Part shown: piece by piece, positions 9,732 through 18,841 of the stretch
How positions within the stretch are numbered: the first letter of the stretch is position 1
How the letters are laid out: every line of letters starts with the position of its first letter
NCBI GenBank assembly: GCA_963663165.1
Contig: OY760175.1
Coordinates: forward strand, 3,968,001 to 4,032,000
From: an uncultured Desulfospira sp.
GTDB taxonomy: Bacteria > Desulfobacterota > Desulfobacteria > Desulfobacterales > Desulfobacteraceae
DNA length: 64,000 bases
Reading direction: 5' to 3'
Position numbers and translations under genes: made by a program
Notes under the pieces: model-generated
Database searches by the model: none
Seen by the model: only the letters and a program-made list of their open reading frames with translations
What the model was told of the DNA's origin: nothing

Positions 9732-10402
9732 ATTATCACGTTATCAGTACCGGTAATGGGACCGGGGGGATCTTCACCAGCAAGGCAAACGCCATGGAAT
9801 TTATGAAGACTCATTCCGGGACCTACAGGGTTATGGACCATCTGCCCGATCGGATTCCACCAAAGGATGCCTTCCGGCCTGAACCCGACGTTGAACCTGT
9901 AGTTCCCACGACTGTAAAGGATCTGGTGGGGCCACTCACGATCTATACGGATGGTTCTTGTCATGGGAATCCTGGACCAGGCGGCTATGGTGTGGTGATC
10001 AAAGACGAATCCCCGGCGTCAATGCTTGAGTTATCCCAGGGTTTCAGCAGGACTACCAGTAATCGGATGGAACTTATGGCCGTTATCACTGTTCTGGAGA
10101 CAATCCCGGATTTGTCCACCACCATCCATAGTGATAGTGCATATGTGATCAGCAGTATTAACCAGGGATGGGCCAAGGGATGGAGGGCCAAGGGATGGCT
10201 TAAGCGTGACGGCAAACCTGCCCTAAATACTGATCTATGGGAACGCCTGTTAAATCTTATGGAGAATTTCAATGATCTCACCTTTAGACATGTTAAAGGG
10301 CACAGTGGAAATTCTCTGAATGAAAAGGCTGACAGTCTGGCGAACAGTGCGGCTGACAGTGATAACTTGATTGGGGATATTGGATATGGGTCTAAGGACT
10401 GA
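9728..10402 (+). CDS. rnhA: Ribonuclease HI with N-terminal extension
   Basis: IYTDGSCHGNPGPGG, TTSNRMELMA, HSDSAYV, HVKGHSG..NEKADSLA: complete DEDD active site. Confidence 0.92.
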   Translation: MNYHVISTGNGTGGIFTSKANAMEFMKTHSGTYRVMDHLPDRIPPKDAFRPEPDVEPVVPTTVKDLVGPLTIYTDGSCHGNPGPGGYGVVIKDESPASMLELSQGFSRTTSNRMELMAVITVLETIPDLSTTIHSDSAYVISSINQGWAKGWRAKGWLKRDGKPALNTDLWERLLNLMENFNDLTFRHVKGHSGNSLNEKADSLANSAADSDNLIGDIGYGSKD

Positions 10403-10444
10403 GGGTTGTTCCTTTCCTGTTAACCTTTAATATAGAGAGGATAT

Positions 10445-10520
10445 GACCTTTAGTTGACCTTTAGTTGACCTTAGTTGACCTTAGTTGGCCTTAGTTGGCC
10501 TTAGTTGACCTTAGTTGACC
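10445..10520 (+). repeat. Tandem 10/11-bp array G(A/G)CCTT(T)AGTT x7 plus partial (iteron-like)
   Basis: 2x GACCTTTAGTT, 2x GACCTTAGTT, 2x GGCCTTAGTT, 1x GACCTTAGTT, GACC; followed by AT-rich tract before the polymerase-like gene. Confidence 0.88.
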
Positions 10521-10629
10521 AGATACTAACCCTAAGTAGACACCCCCAGTACCAGATTAATAAGACACTTTTTGTGGTGAAATTTCACTATTTTGAACTT
10601 TTTCATAACACACCAGTAATAAAGGACAA

Positions 10630-11940
10630 TTGCCTATGACAAATAACCATCCCCCGGTTAACGCCTGGGATCTCTATGAGGGGCGCCGGGCTGTTATTGA
10701 CCAGTATCGTGACCCGGATAATCAGGAACGCTTCAATAACTACCGGTATATCACAATGAATTTATGGAGTGAGGGCCCCCAGGTTGATCGCCTGGTTACA
10801 AAACTGTCCCTCATGATGTGGAGCGCCGACCATCAAAAACGGCATGATAACTTCAAGGTGGTCTTACTGAATCTCTTGAAGATATACGACAGCGACCCAT
10901 CCCGATATTTAGGATATCACCGGAACAATAATTTCTACACCGGCCTGAAAGCCCGCTTCAATCCTGCCGGGATAAGCCGCTTGGTCAATGATATTATTGA
11001 CAGCCTGGCAAAGGAAGACTTGGTGGAGAATCATCAGGGTAGATACTGGCGGGATCTAAAGATGGGCTACATAAGCAAAGTACGGACCACAAAGGATCTT
11101 ATTGACCTGATGACCGTCCACGGGGTCACTCCTGATCTGATCACCCGACACCCTGATACTGAGGTCATTATTCTCAAAGGCCCTAAGACCTGGAAGCATA
11201 GAGGGGGCCGTATGGTCAAAGTCAGCGGTCAATATCAGGAATACAACGATACCCAGGAAACGGGCGCCATGCGGGAACGCCTGGTAGCCTACAATCAGTT
11301 TATGGCTGGTGTAACCCTGGAGTATGACGGCGCTGTCATTCCCATTGGCCCTACCCGCCGGATTTTCAATGGGTCTTGGGACCAGGGAGGACGCTTCTAT
11401 GGTGGATTCTGGCAGAGCCTTTCAAAGGATAAGCGGTCCACCATAAAGCTGAACGGGGAGCCGGTCATTGAGTTGGACTACGGGAGCCTACACACCCACT
11501 TGTTGTACTGCCGGACCAATGCCACCCCGGAGGGGGATCTTTATGATTTACCCGGCGTTTCCCGCAAAGTGGCAAAACGTGCCGTTCTTCTGATGATCGG
11601 GAGCCGCCGCCGGTCCAATGTAATTCGGAACCTGGAGTCCTTTATCAGGGCTGAATACCCCAAGTCTGACCTTGAGGCCAAAGCCGTTACAACGGCCCTG
11701 GAAGACCGCCATAAGCCCCTGGAGAATCTTTGGTACAATGGCCGGGGTCTTGACCTTCAACACCAGGACAGCCTTATATGTGGCCGTATTCTGACCACCC
11801 TGACTGCCATGGGGATACCCTGCCTAAGCCTGTATGATAGCTTTATTGTTCCGGAACGGTATGAGGAATGCTTGAGAGGGCTCATGGTGGCTTGCTTCCG
11901 GGAGATCACCGGGGTGGCTTATGATCCACCCATAGATTAA
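10630..11940 (+). CDS. Compact family-A (PolA/T7-RNAP superfamily)-like polymerase
   Basis: GGRFYGGFWQ, motif A ELDYGSLH, motif B RKVAK, LQHQDS, motif C SLYDSFIV; 436 aa, no exonuclease domains recognised. Confidence 0.62.
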   Translation: MPMTNNHPPVNAWDLYEGRRAVIDQYRDPDNQERFNNYRYITMNLWSEGPQVDRLVTKLSLMMWSADHQKRHDNFKVVLLNLLKIYDSDPSRYLGYHRNNNFYTGLKARFNPAGISRLVNDIIDSLAKEDLVENHQGRYWRDLKMGYISKVRTTKDLIDLMTVHGVTPDLITRHPDTEVIILKGPKTWKHRGGRMVKVSGQYQEYNDTQETGAMRERLVAYNQFMAGVTLEYDGAVIPIGPTRRIFNGSWDQGGRFYGGFWQSLSKDKRSTIKLNGEPVIELDYGSLHTHLLYCRTNATPEGDLYDLPGVSRKVAKRAVLLMIGSRRRSNVIRNLESFIRAEYPKSDLEAKAVTTALEDRHKPLENLWYNGRGLDLQHQDSLICGRILTTLTAMGIPCLSLYDSFIVPERYEECLRGLMVACFREITGVAYDPPID

Positions 11941-11950
11941 GGCGGGGATG

Positions 11951-11992
11951 CCCATCCCGGTGAAGGATCATTGCGATAATCACCGGGATGGG
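11951..11992. terminator. Hairpin between convergent genes
   Basis: 13-bp perfect IR CCCATCCCGGTGA / TCACCGGGATGGG. Confidence 0.55.
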
Positions 11993-12001
11993 CCGGGGTG
12001 G

Positions 12002-12235
12002 CTATGACATCGGGGCCGACTCGGTTCTCTTCTGTGTCTTAATTCCCAGACCTGCTGCCTTTATGACAGACCTCAGTCCATTGGTCTTAGTTTCCAGTTC
12101 TGTGGTCAGTAACTCAATAAATGCCTGATTGTCAGAGTCCAATTGATCCCATTCAACAAAGGTATCGGATTGTTCATCAAAGATAAAAGCGCCGGGGATA
12201 ACTTCAATTTTCGTTTGATCAGTTCTAAGCTCCAT
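12002..12235 (-). CDS. Hypothetical protein
   Basis: ATG 12235 after GGAG RBS; 77 aa. Confidence 0.5.
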   Translation of the reverse strand: MELRTDQTKIEVIPGAFIFDEQSDTFVEWDQLDSDNQAFIELLTTELETKTNGLRSVIKAAGLGIKTQKRTESAPMS

Positions 12236-13700
12236 AGGTGTCTCCATTCGTTTTAGGTTTGTGGGACAGGCGGTCCCGAACATGCCACGAATAGATCATG
12301 ATGGCCTAATCTTGTCAAGCAAATTATTCTATTATTTCAAGTATTTATATACTTTTCTGCAACAGTTAACAAGGTGGCAATAATTGTTGATTGGAAAAAT
12401 AACGTGGGTGCCTTGCCGGTGCTGGTTACCCTTACTCATGGTGATTCTACCGATTGACAACATTCCCAAGACCACCTTTAGAAATCCTAAAAGTCATTTT
12501 TTTCGTCATCGTCTAAACCGCTTACAGCCTCTTGGTTTGCCCCCCACACTTAGCCCAGCGTGACCTTTTCAGAGGCTCAAGGTCCACCTCATAGCTCAAC
12601 TTAAGGATCGCAGCATCATATAGGACATCCACCTGGTATTTCTTCCCGTACCGCCCCATGGTCTCTCCCTGGAGAACATGACCAGTGAGTTCGTCAATGA
12701 GACTGTCCTTGATTAACTGCTGTTTGAGATTGTCAGTCAGGGTGTGCCGGAAGCTGTGATAGACCTTTTTAGGTGAGTCAATCCCACACGCTTTACGGAA
12801 GCGTCCAAACCATTTGGTTGCCTTGTGGCCGTAGTTATCGTTCTGGTATGGCAGTTCGGGAAACAGGCGAGTCTCACCCTTGCTTCTCAGATACTCCACA
12901 TAGCCCTTGAGGTTCAGTTCATCGCCGACAAATGGGTGGATCGGTATGGTCCGGTGCCCAGAGTCGCTTTTAACGCTGATTGTTTCATCCTGGGCGTCTT
13001 CCTGGAAGGTGAACGTATAGACGCCGTCAATGGTCTGGATGTCATCAAGGCGCAACTGGCAGAGTTCGTTGAGTCTGGCTCCGGTGTATAGTCCCAGGAT
13101 CGGTAACCAAAATTGATACGGCTCGGTGAATATGTCTTTGGTGTATCCTGGTGCTCCAAACAGCGCTTTCAGATCATCCGTGCTGAATGCATCTCTTTGC
13201 TTGTCCGGACTGACCCGCTTGGTTTTGACCTTCTTACCTTCAGCGTAGTTCGTGTCCATGTAGCCGTTGCCGACACACCACTTGAAAAACGCACTAAGGC
13301 TGCTCAAATAACGGTTTACCGTGGATTCACTCATGGTGGGCGCATCAACAGTTTTATTGATCTGGATGATCTCGGGAACGGTCTTGCTTTGGAAAACTTT
13401 CTTTTTGTTCATCCCCGCTTGATGAGATTCAAATAGTGTAACGGTATTATAGATTTAAGACATCAACAAAATATCAAATTTTTGTATAATTTAAGCTTGT
13501 TGCAAGAGGGGGTCAATAAAAACAGAGTTGCAAAATAATGTAACGGGCTAAAAATAATTCAATAATGATCTGTGGTTTCGCGTTTTTCAACAATCAGTCA
13601 GGCAAAAATCGACATCAAAATATATAAGGATAAAATACAGGCAGGCCAACTTCGGCTTATACCAAAGTGACCTGTTGATGCAGATAGGTTGTGATAAGGA

Positions 13701-14363
13701 TTATTGGGGAGGCAGATCTGATATAAATTCCAGGGCAAGATTAATATCAACAAATTGATGATTCAGTTCCTTTGCTCTGTCCCGGCAGTCTGTACAGATT
13801 TCTTTAAATTTGCGCATATCACCTTTAACAGACATATAAATCTGCTCAACGGCTTCCTGCTGGATGTCTTTGTATTCTTCAATGAAGTCCTCGACCTCTA
13901 TGGGATACAAAATCAGGGTTTTCAAGCGGCTGAGTATATCAGGATGGTTCCGGCTCAAATAAGTTCTCACCTTCGGCAAGCCCGCAAATACGATGGGAAC
14001 CCCGGCATCAATAATCCGTTTGAGATATGGCCAAACCCGGGCGTCCAAGTCATTAGCCTCATCTATGACGATAAAACAATTGGAGAGATTACAGATCATT
14101 TTCAGGTACTGGGGAGTCCGGCGGTAAGTGGCAGTGGCCTCATAATTTAATTCCTTGAGTATTGCGGCCAGGGTTTCATGTATATTAAACAGAGACTCAA
14201 CCCATACAGAATGGAGCTTTTTGGGGTGCAGCAATTTTAAAAACCGGGTTTTTCCTGCACCAAAGCCGCCTTCAATGAGGACGCTTTGGCCTCTGTAGAT
14301 CCGGTTATAAGTGGCAGACAAGTATGAGACCCTTCGTTTATCACTGATAAAATCCTCTTTCAT
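13701..14363 (-). CDS. AAA+ ATPase (MuB/TnsC/ExeA-like transposition regulator)
   Basis: Walker A GGFGAGKT, Walker B IVIDEA, Arg finger ILSRL; ATGA-coupled to transposase. Confidence 0.82.
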   Translation of the reverse strand: MKEDFISDKRRVSYLSATYNRIYRGQSVLIEGGFGAGKTRFLKLLHPKKLHSVWVESLFNIHETLAAILKELNYEATATYRRTPQYLKMICNLSNCFIVIDEANDLDARVWPYLKRIIDAGVPIVFAGLPKVRTYLSRNHPDILSRLKTLILYPIEVEDFIEEYKDIQQEAVEQIYMSVKGDMRKFKEICTDCRDRAKELNHQFVDINLALEFISDLPPQ

Positions 14364-16027
14364 GTTATGTCTCCGTGGGATGCATAAGTGGCTACATGGT
14401 TTGTATTTAAAGATTTTTGGCAGTCGAGCATAAATGCATTGAACAGAGCCTGATTTTTACGGTCATCCGGCTGGTTCATCTTTTTCATGTAATCTGCGTA
14501 CCTTGATTGATTATGCTTCAGCACTTGTTCCGCCCGGGCCAGGGTGATGCCTTTATGATAAACTTCGATTAAAACAGGCCGGTCAACGGCCATATTGTGC
14601 TTTTCTAAAAGAGCGATAATGGTGTCAAGTTCATCAGGCGGCACAGGCGAAGGTTCCGGTGCCGGCGGTCTGTCAAAGGGCTTTTTTGCAATGGCTTCGC
14701 CCAACAGTATACCGTCTTCATTTTGCTCAAAAATAAAAAGCTTGTCCTTGTATCTGGATATTTTCACCGGTGTGCTTTTATGTTTGCTGAACTTATCTGC
14801 ACCACTGGTCACATAATAATCCCGCTTGTCATGACGGATGGTTCTGTTTTTGGATACGGTGGCTTTGATTTTTCTGTAGCCGTACTTCATATATTCCTGA
14901 ACCTGGTTCGGGGTAAAAAGCAAGGTGTCTGCCCGGGTTGATAAAAAATCATCAAATTTCTGTGCCGGCACCCAGGCACTGACCACCCCGTCTTCGGTAA
15001 AATAATGTTGTGTATGATTATGAACGTTTCGGTAGTCGCTGAGCATAGTGCTGCTCCTTAATTCCTGAAGGCTGATATCAAGGAGGGTTACCGTAATTTT
15101 TTCCTTTCTTCCCCGCTTGAAGTCATATTCGGTAACGGTTTTCACAATCCTGTCCTCAAAAGCTTTGATAATCCGTATTTCAAAATTGTGAAGGCTCCGG
15201 TGTGAAGATTCCAGGTGTGCCTTATCCTTGGGTGAATACACCCTTGAAAAATCCGCAGCCAAATAGAAGCCTTGCGGTGTAGAGTGCGCAAGGTTAATGG
15301 CATTGATGGGACGTTTTAGGTTTAAAAAACCCTTTGCCTGGTCAGGCCTGATACCGATTTCTTGCAAAGGGAAAGGGGTACTCAATAAAAAACGGGTAAA
15401 AAGATCCACAGAGTTCAGGCTGCTTTCGGTAAAATAAAAGTCCAGGATAAACATGTTCCTGGAACCGGTATCAAATATTTCAATAACCTGTGGCTTTTGC
15501 CAGTTACCGTGTTCATCTCTGATCCTTAGATATTGAAATTTGCAGCCGTCAACCTGGATCAACGCAAATACCGGCACCGACTTAAAGGCATGAATTACCG
15601 GGACCTGGTCCTGTTCATCCTCTTTTTCCAGGTAAAATTTAAGATTTTCCCTTTTGACGCATCGCCGAAGTGCATGAAGACTGATGGGTCTGCCCAATTC
15701 CTGTTCAAGCCAGTAATGATAATTTTTAATGGTCCTGGCTTTCCGGGTGATAAAAATGAATCCCCGGGATGAGGGATCGCATGACGCCTTGACCATTTCA
15801 ATAAACCGTCTTCTGGTTTGCTCATCTATTGCTCTTGGCCGTCCGCTGCACTTGCGGCCTTCCATAACTCCTTTTTCAACCAATAAAAGGGCTGGCGGGA
15901 TAATTCCGGTTTTCTTGTACTGGTCCTTGTAATATTTTTTGGATCGTCTCTTGGCAGACCCGGTTTTATTCATGATTTTTTTGTGCAGCAGTAAATGAAA
16001 ACGGTCATCAATCGTCAGATCATTCAT
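14360..16027 (-). CDS. DDE transposase/integrase (Mu-like rve fold)
   Basis: GRPR HTH region; putative triad IQVD, IRPD, PKDKAHLE; start ATG 16027 after GGAG. Confidence 0.78.
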   Translation of the reverse strand: MNDLTIDDRFHLLLHKKIMNKTGSAKRRSKKYYKDQYKKTGIIPPALLLVEKGVMEGRKCSGRPRAIDEQTRRRFIEMVKASCDPSSRGFIFITRKARTIKNYHYWLEQELGRPISLHALRRCVKRENLKFYLEKEDEQDQVPVIHAFKSVPVFALIQVDGCKFQYLRIRDEHGNWQKPQVIEIFDTGSRNMFILDFYFTESSLNSVDLFTRFLLSTPFPLQEIGIRPDQAKGFLNLKRPINAINLAHSTPQGFYLAADFSRVYSPKDKAHLESSHRSLHNFEIRIIKAFEDRIVKTVTEYDFKRGRKEKITVTLLDISLQELRSSTMLSDYRNVHNHTQHYFTEDGVVSAWVPAQKFDDFLSTRADTLLFTPNQVQEYMKYGYRKIKATVSKNRTIRHDKRDYYVTSGADKFSKHKSTPVKISRYKDKLFIFEQNEDGILLGEAIAKKPFDRPPAPEPSPVPPDELDTIIALLEKHNMAVDRPVLIEVYHKGITLARAEQVLKHNQSRYADYMKKMNQPDDRKNQALFNAFMLDCQKSLNTNHVATYASHGDIT

Positions 16028-16577
16028 TATCTGCTCCCTTTGATACAATCTTTTCGTATATGACCCGGTGCCATAACAATGCGGCCTGACGGGAGGTTTT
16101 CTGCCAATGATCATGCTGGGCCACACGGACCTGTTCAAGCATTGCCTCTACAGCAGCCATGTATTCATTGGCAATTCGATCTGTCAGATCCGGGTTGCTT
16201 ACCGGAACCGTTTTCCGGGCCTCAATAAATCTTTTGATATTTCGTGCGGTCAGTTCCATGCCGCTGTTTATGATTTCCCTCCAGATACTGCGTTGTTCTA
16301 TGGAGTCCATTTGAGTAAGGGGACGGACCTGGGATTCGTTGGCAGGCAGCCTGTCGCCAATTGGCGACAAATTGTAGATCACTTCATAGGCTCTGATCAG
16401 GCGGTAGGCATAAGCCTTGCCCATATCCCACCGCTGCCTGGTATATGTTTCAAACGACTCAAACAAAGCCTGTTTGTATAAACGGTTATCACGAATTTCT
16501 TTCAAGGCCTGGCCGATTTTATAAAAACATTCCTGGTTGCGACCAATCAGGGTTTCAAGCTCAAGCAACCGTTCCAT
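16020..16577 (-). CDS. Helical DNA-binding accessory protein (DUF3102/ParB-like)
   Basis: IGQALKEIRD.RLY....SFE.Y...RW......AYRLI, ESQVRPL, TAR.I pattern seen in mobile-element proteins. Confidence 0.55.
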   Translation of the reverse strand: MERLLELETLIGRNQECFYKIGQALKEIRDNRLYKQALFESFETYTRQRWDMGKAYAYRLIRAYEVIYNLSPIGDRLPANESQVRPLTQMDSIEQRSIWREIINSGMELTARNIKRFIEARKTVPVSNPDLTDRIANEYMAAVEAMLEQVRVAQHDHWQKTSRQAALLWHRVIYEKIVSKGADNE

Positions 16578-16579
16578 AT

Positions 16580-16936
16580 TTACTGCCCTGCCGGCATGGG
16601 TCTGCCGACCATAGCAGCAAGAGCCGTCAATTTTGCTGCCTGAACCTGGGGTGCAGTATTTATTTGTTTCAAAAACAAAACACTATCCCGGAAGCCATAA
16701 CCCTTGATTTTCATGACAAGGTCGATGGTATTAAAATTCTTTTCGCATCTGAAGCACCGGGCCAGGTTCGTGGCTGGATTTACAGCGGTTTGAAATTCAT
16801 TGCACAAAGGGCATAGAAAACGAAAATAGCCATCCCTGATCTTGGATGGAATCTGTAAATGATCCCTGATCAGCATATCAACAGGGATATTGTTTCTCAG
16901 TTCAAATAATTGCCTGGATGAAAATCTGTTCTTCAA
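16580..16936 (-). CDS. CHC2 zinc-finger (primase ZBD-like) protein
   Basis: CPLC...ARCFRC.KNFNTIDLVM....GFRDSV.FL; TTG start after AGGAGG. Confidence 0.72.
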   Translation of the reverse strand: MKNRFSSRQLFELRNNIPVDMLIRDHLQIPSKIRDGYFRFLCPLCNEFQTAVNPATNLARCFRCEKNFNTIDLVMKIKGYGFRDSVLFLKQINTAPQVQAAKLTALAAMVGRPMPAGQ

Positions 16937-17192
16937 AAGACACCTCCTTGTTTTTTAAATTTCAGGTGCCTTTTTTATATCATCGGCCAGAGCCGTCTGT
17001 CAGTTGCCTCTTAAACTGGAATGGGGATTACTTTGTTGATATCTACCTGTATTATCAGCGGATTACGCACATGATGCCTCTTAGAATTAAACCTCGATTA
17101 GTCTGTCAATATACCTTTACATTACAGTTAGTTATCCCAACCATGTCTCTTGAAACCAATACTCGATTAGTCGTTTATGCCAAGGGGATATT

Positions 17193-17570
17193 TTATGGAA
17201 ACCCCCGGATTATTTCCCTGCTGTAACCGATAATTTGGGTAACCAGGTATTGGATGACAATTGCCGGCTTGATTCCATATTCCGTTATAATGACTTCCAT
17301 TGGCAAAACCGGCTCTTTGCATTTTTGATATGAAAGAACAGAAAGACTCCCGGATGTTTGTTGCTCCTCAGCTTCTTCAAGCTTTTTTGCCAGGTAGTTA
17401 TTTTTACAGACAGCTTTGTTTTTCCTGTTCCACTCTTCACATTGCCTCCGGTGAAGCTCATTTTGGCAAGCCGGGCTACATGTTTTCTGCCGTCCTTTTT
17501 GTCTTACATCAGGAGTGAACCATTTACGGCAAATAGAGCAAGGACGTTTTCCTCGTGAATTTTTTGCCAT
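17193..17570 (-). CDS. Zinc-ribbon-like hypothetical protein
   Basis: RPCSICRKWF.PD.RQ..RQKTCS.ACQ; first gene of transposon. Confidence 0.6.
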   Translation of the reverse strand: MAKNSRGKRPCSICRKWFTPDVRQKGRQKTCSPACQNELHRRQCEEWNRKNKAVCKNNYLAKKLEEAEEQQTSGSLSVLSYQKCKEPVLPMEVIITEYGIKPAIVIQYLVTQIIGYSREIIRGFP

Positions 17571-18711
17571 TATTTCTTCTCCAAGATTTGAATCAGGGAG
17601 ATTTTATGTACCAAATTTTGAAGGATGCAGCAGCGGGGTCTGTCGGCGGGATAGGCGGGGTATGATTTTTATTTTATTTGCTGGGTATAGCGGCGGGATA
17701 TCTGCCCGTTACATTATTTCGCTATGAAACTGCGGGGTAAGCGTTACACTTTTTGAATCTTACCACCCGCTGGTAATTGCAGGAGAGTGTCTTTTAGTGC
17801 CTTGACGGTAGGATGATCAATACGGCCAACATCCGTATCTTCGCCAAGGATTTGAAGCATGACTCTAAAATGACCATTGTAGGCCTTTATCGTCCGGGGC
17901 TTCCATAGACCCGCTTGAATATGTTCGGTTTTCCACTCTTGGATCAGATCCTTGATTAACGGACCGGAGGGTTTCGGCTGGGTGGTGACGGTTGGTGCTT
18001 GAACCGCCGAGGCCCCGGCGGGGACTTCCTGTTGTGGCGGCAGGAAGTTGTCATCACTATAATCGCCTTCGTTTCGGCGCTTTTCGATGGCAAGCACTTT
18101 GATCTGAGCCTTGAGGGTCTCTCGGCACATTTCAATGTAATCCACGGTGTCATTAGGAAGTTCATAATTGTTGGTCTCAAGGATATGATCAACAACCCGT
18201 CCTACCTTGGAATAGTCTCCTTTTTTGAGCTGTTCTTGGGCATCTTCAGTGAAATCGTCAATCTGGGTCAAATGCTCATCACGTATGTGAGGCATATCAC
18301 CCTCACCGTTGTAAACCGGTTCATAAGAAACCCGTTGCTCTTCCTCGTATTCAAGGCATTCATGAATAAAACCGTCAATCATCTGCTTTAATTTCTTGGG
18401 GTGTAGTAGCATTGGTGTCTTCCTGATTTTCCTGAATAGCTGGTGGACCCTTCCGGCAATGAGTTGTGCAAGTTGTGATGCCGTTCTGTGGTCAGCCCCT
18501 CTGAGGGATCTTCTTAGCTCTTTGAGTCCAACCTGAGGTTGGAGGTCAGACGGGATATTCATCCTGAAGTAATAGCCCGATTTGTTCTGTACCAGGTACA
18601 TGTCTTCCTTCACAATGTGTGTAACATTTGTGTGTAAGAAGCCACATATTGCCCAATCAAAAAGCCCCGTACTCTCGTAAGTAACCGAAAGTACAGGGGC
18701 CTTGAATTATC

Positions 18712-18788
18712 TGGTAGCGACGCAGGGATTTGAACCCCGGACTCTGCGGATATGAGCCGCATGCTCTGACCAACTGAGCTACGTCGCC
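18712..18788 (-). tRNA. tRNA-Met (CAT), probably elongator
   Basis: GGCGACGTAGCTCAGTTGGTCAGAGCATGCGGCT-CAT-ATCCGCAGAGTCCGGGGTTCAAATCCCTGCGTCGCTACCA; cloverleaf with encoded CCA (Ile2 not fully excluded). Confidence 0.93.
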
Positions 18789-18841
18789 AAAAAAACTTGG
18801 GCACTATATCTCAGTCGTTTTTTTTTGTCAAACGTTATTTA

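Larger units (their letters stand above)
13420..17765 (-). mobile_element. 4,346-bp five-gene transposon (Mu/Tn7/IS21-like TG..CA ends)
   Basis: Terminal IR TGATGAGATTCAAATAGTGTAACG / TGGTAAGATTCAAAAAGTGTAACG; internal perfect 16-bp IR AAATAATGTAACGGGC (13533-13548, 17704-17719); 6-bp TSD CCCGCT (13414-13419, 17766-17771). Confidence 0.9.
12522..18601 (-). pseudogene. Tyrosine integrase (DUF6538-type N-terminus) split by a transposon
   Basis: N-part 17766-18601 (YYFRMNIPSDL) and C-part 12522-13413 (YTGARLNEL, HSFRH, LTGH..T...Y) re-join in frame (QLPAG|MNKKK), 575 aa. Confidence 0.9.
6478..18747. mobile_element. Genomic island integrated at tRNA-Met (about 12.3 kb; about 7.9 kb without nested transposon)
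   Basis: 48-bp att repeats; tyrosine integrase adjacent to tRNA; cargo of resolvases, RNase H, polymerase-like gene. Confidence 0.9.

Noticed and set aside
10445..10520. Possible CRISPR array
   Set aside because: Contiguous 10-11 bp units with no spacers; no cas genes in window
10630..11940. Reverse transcriptase (retron/DGR) paired with RNase H
   Set aside because: No YxDD or QG RT motifs; motif order fits family-A polymerases better
13420..17765. CRISPR-associated or TniQ-guided Tn7-like transposon
   Set aside because: No Cas, TniQ/TnsD, TnsA or array recognised; TSD is 6 bp rather than 5 bp
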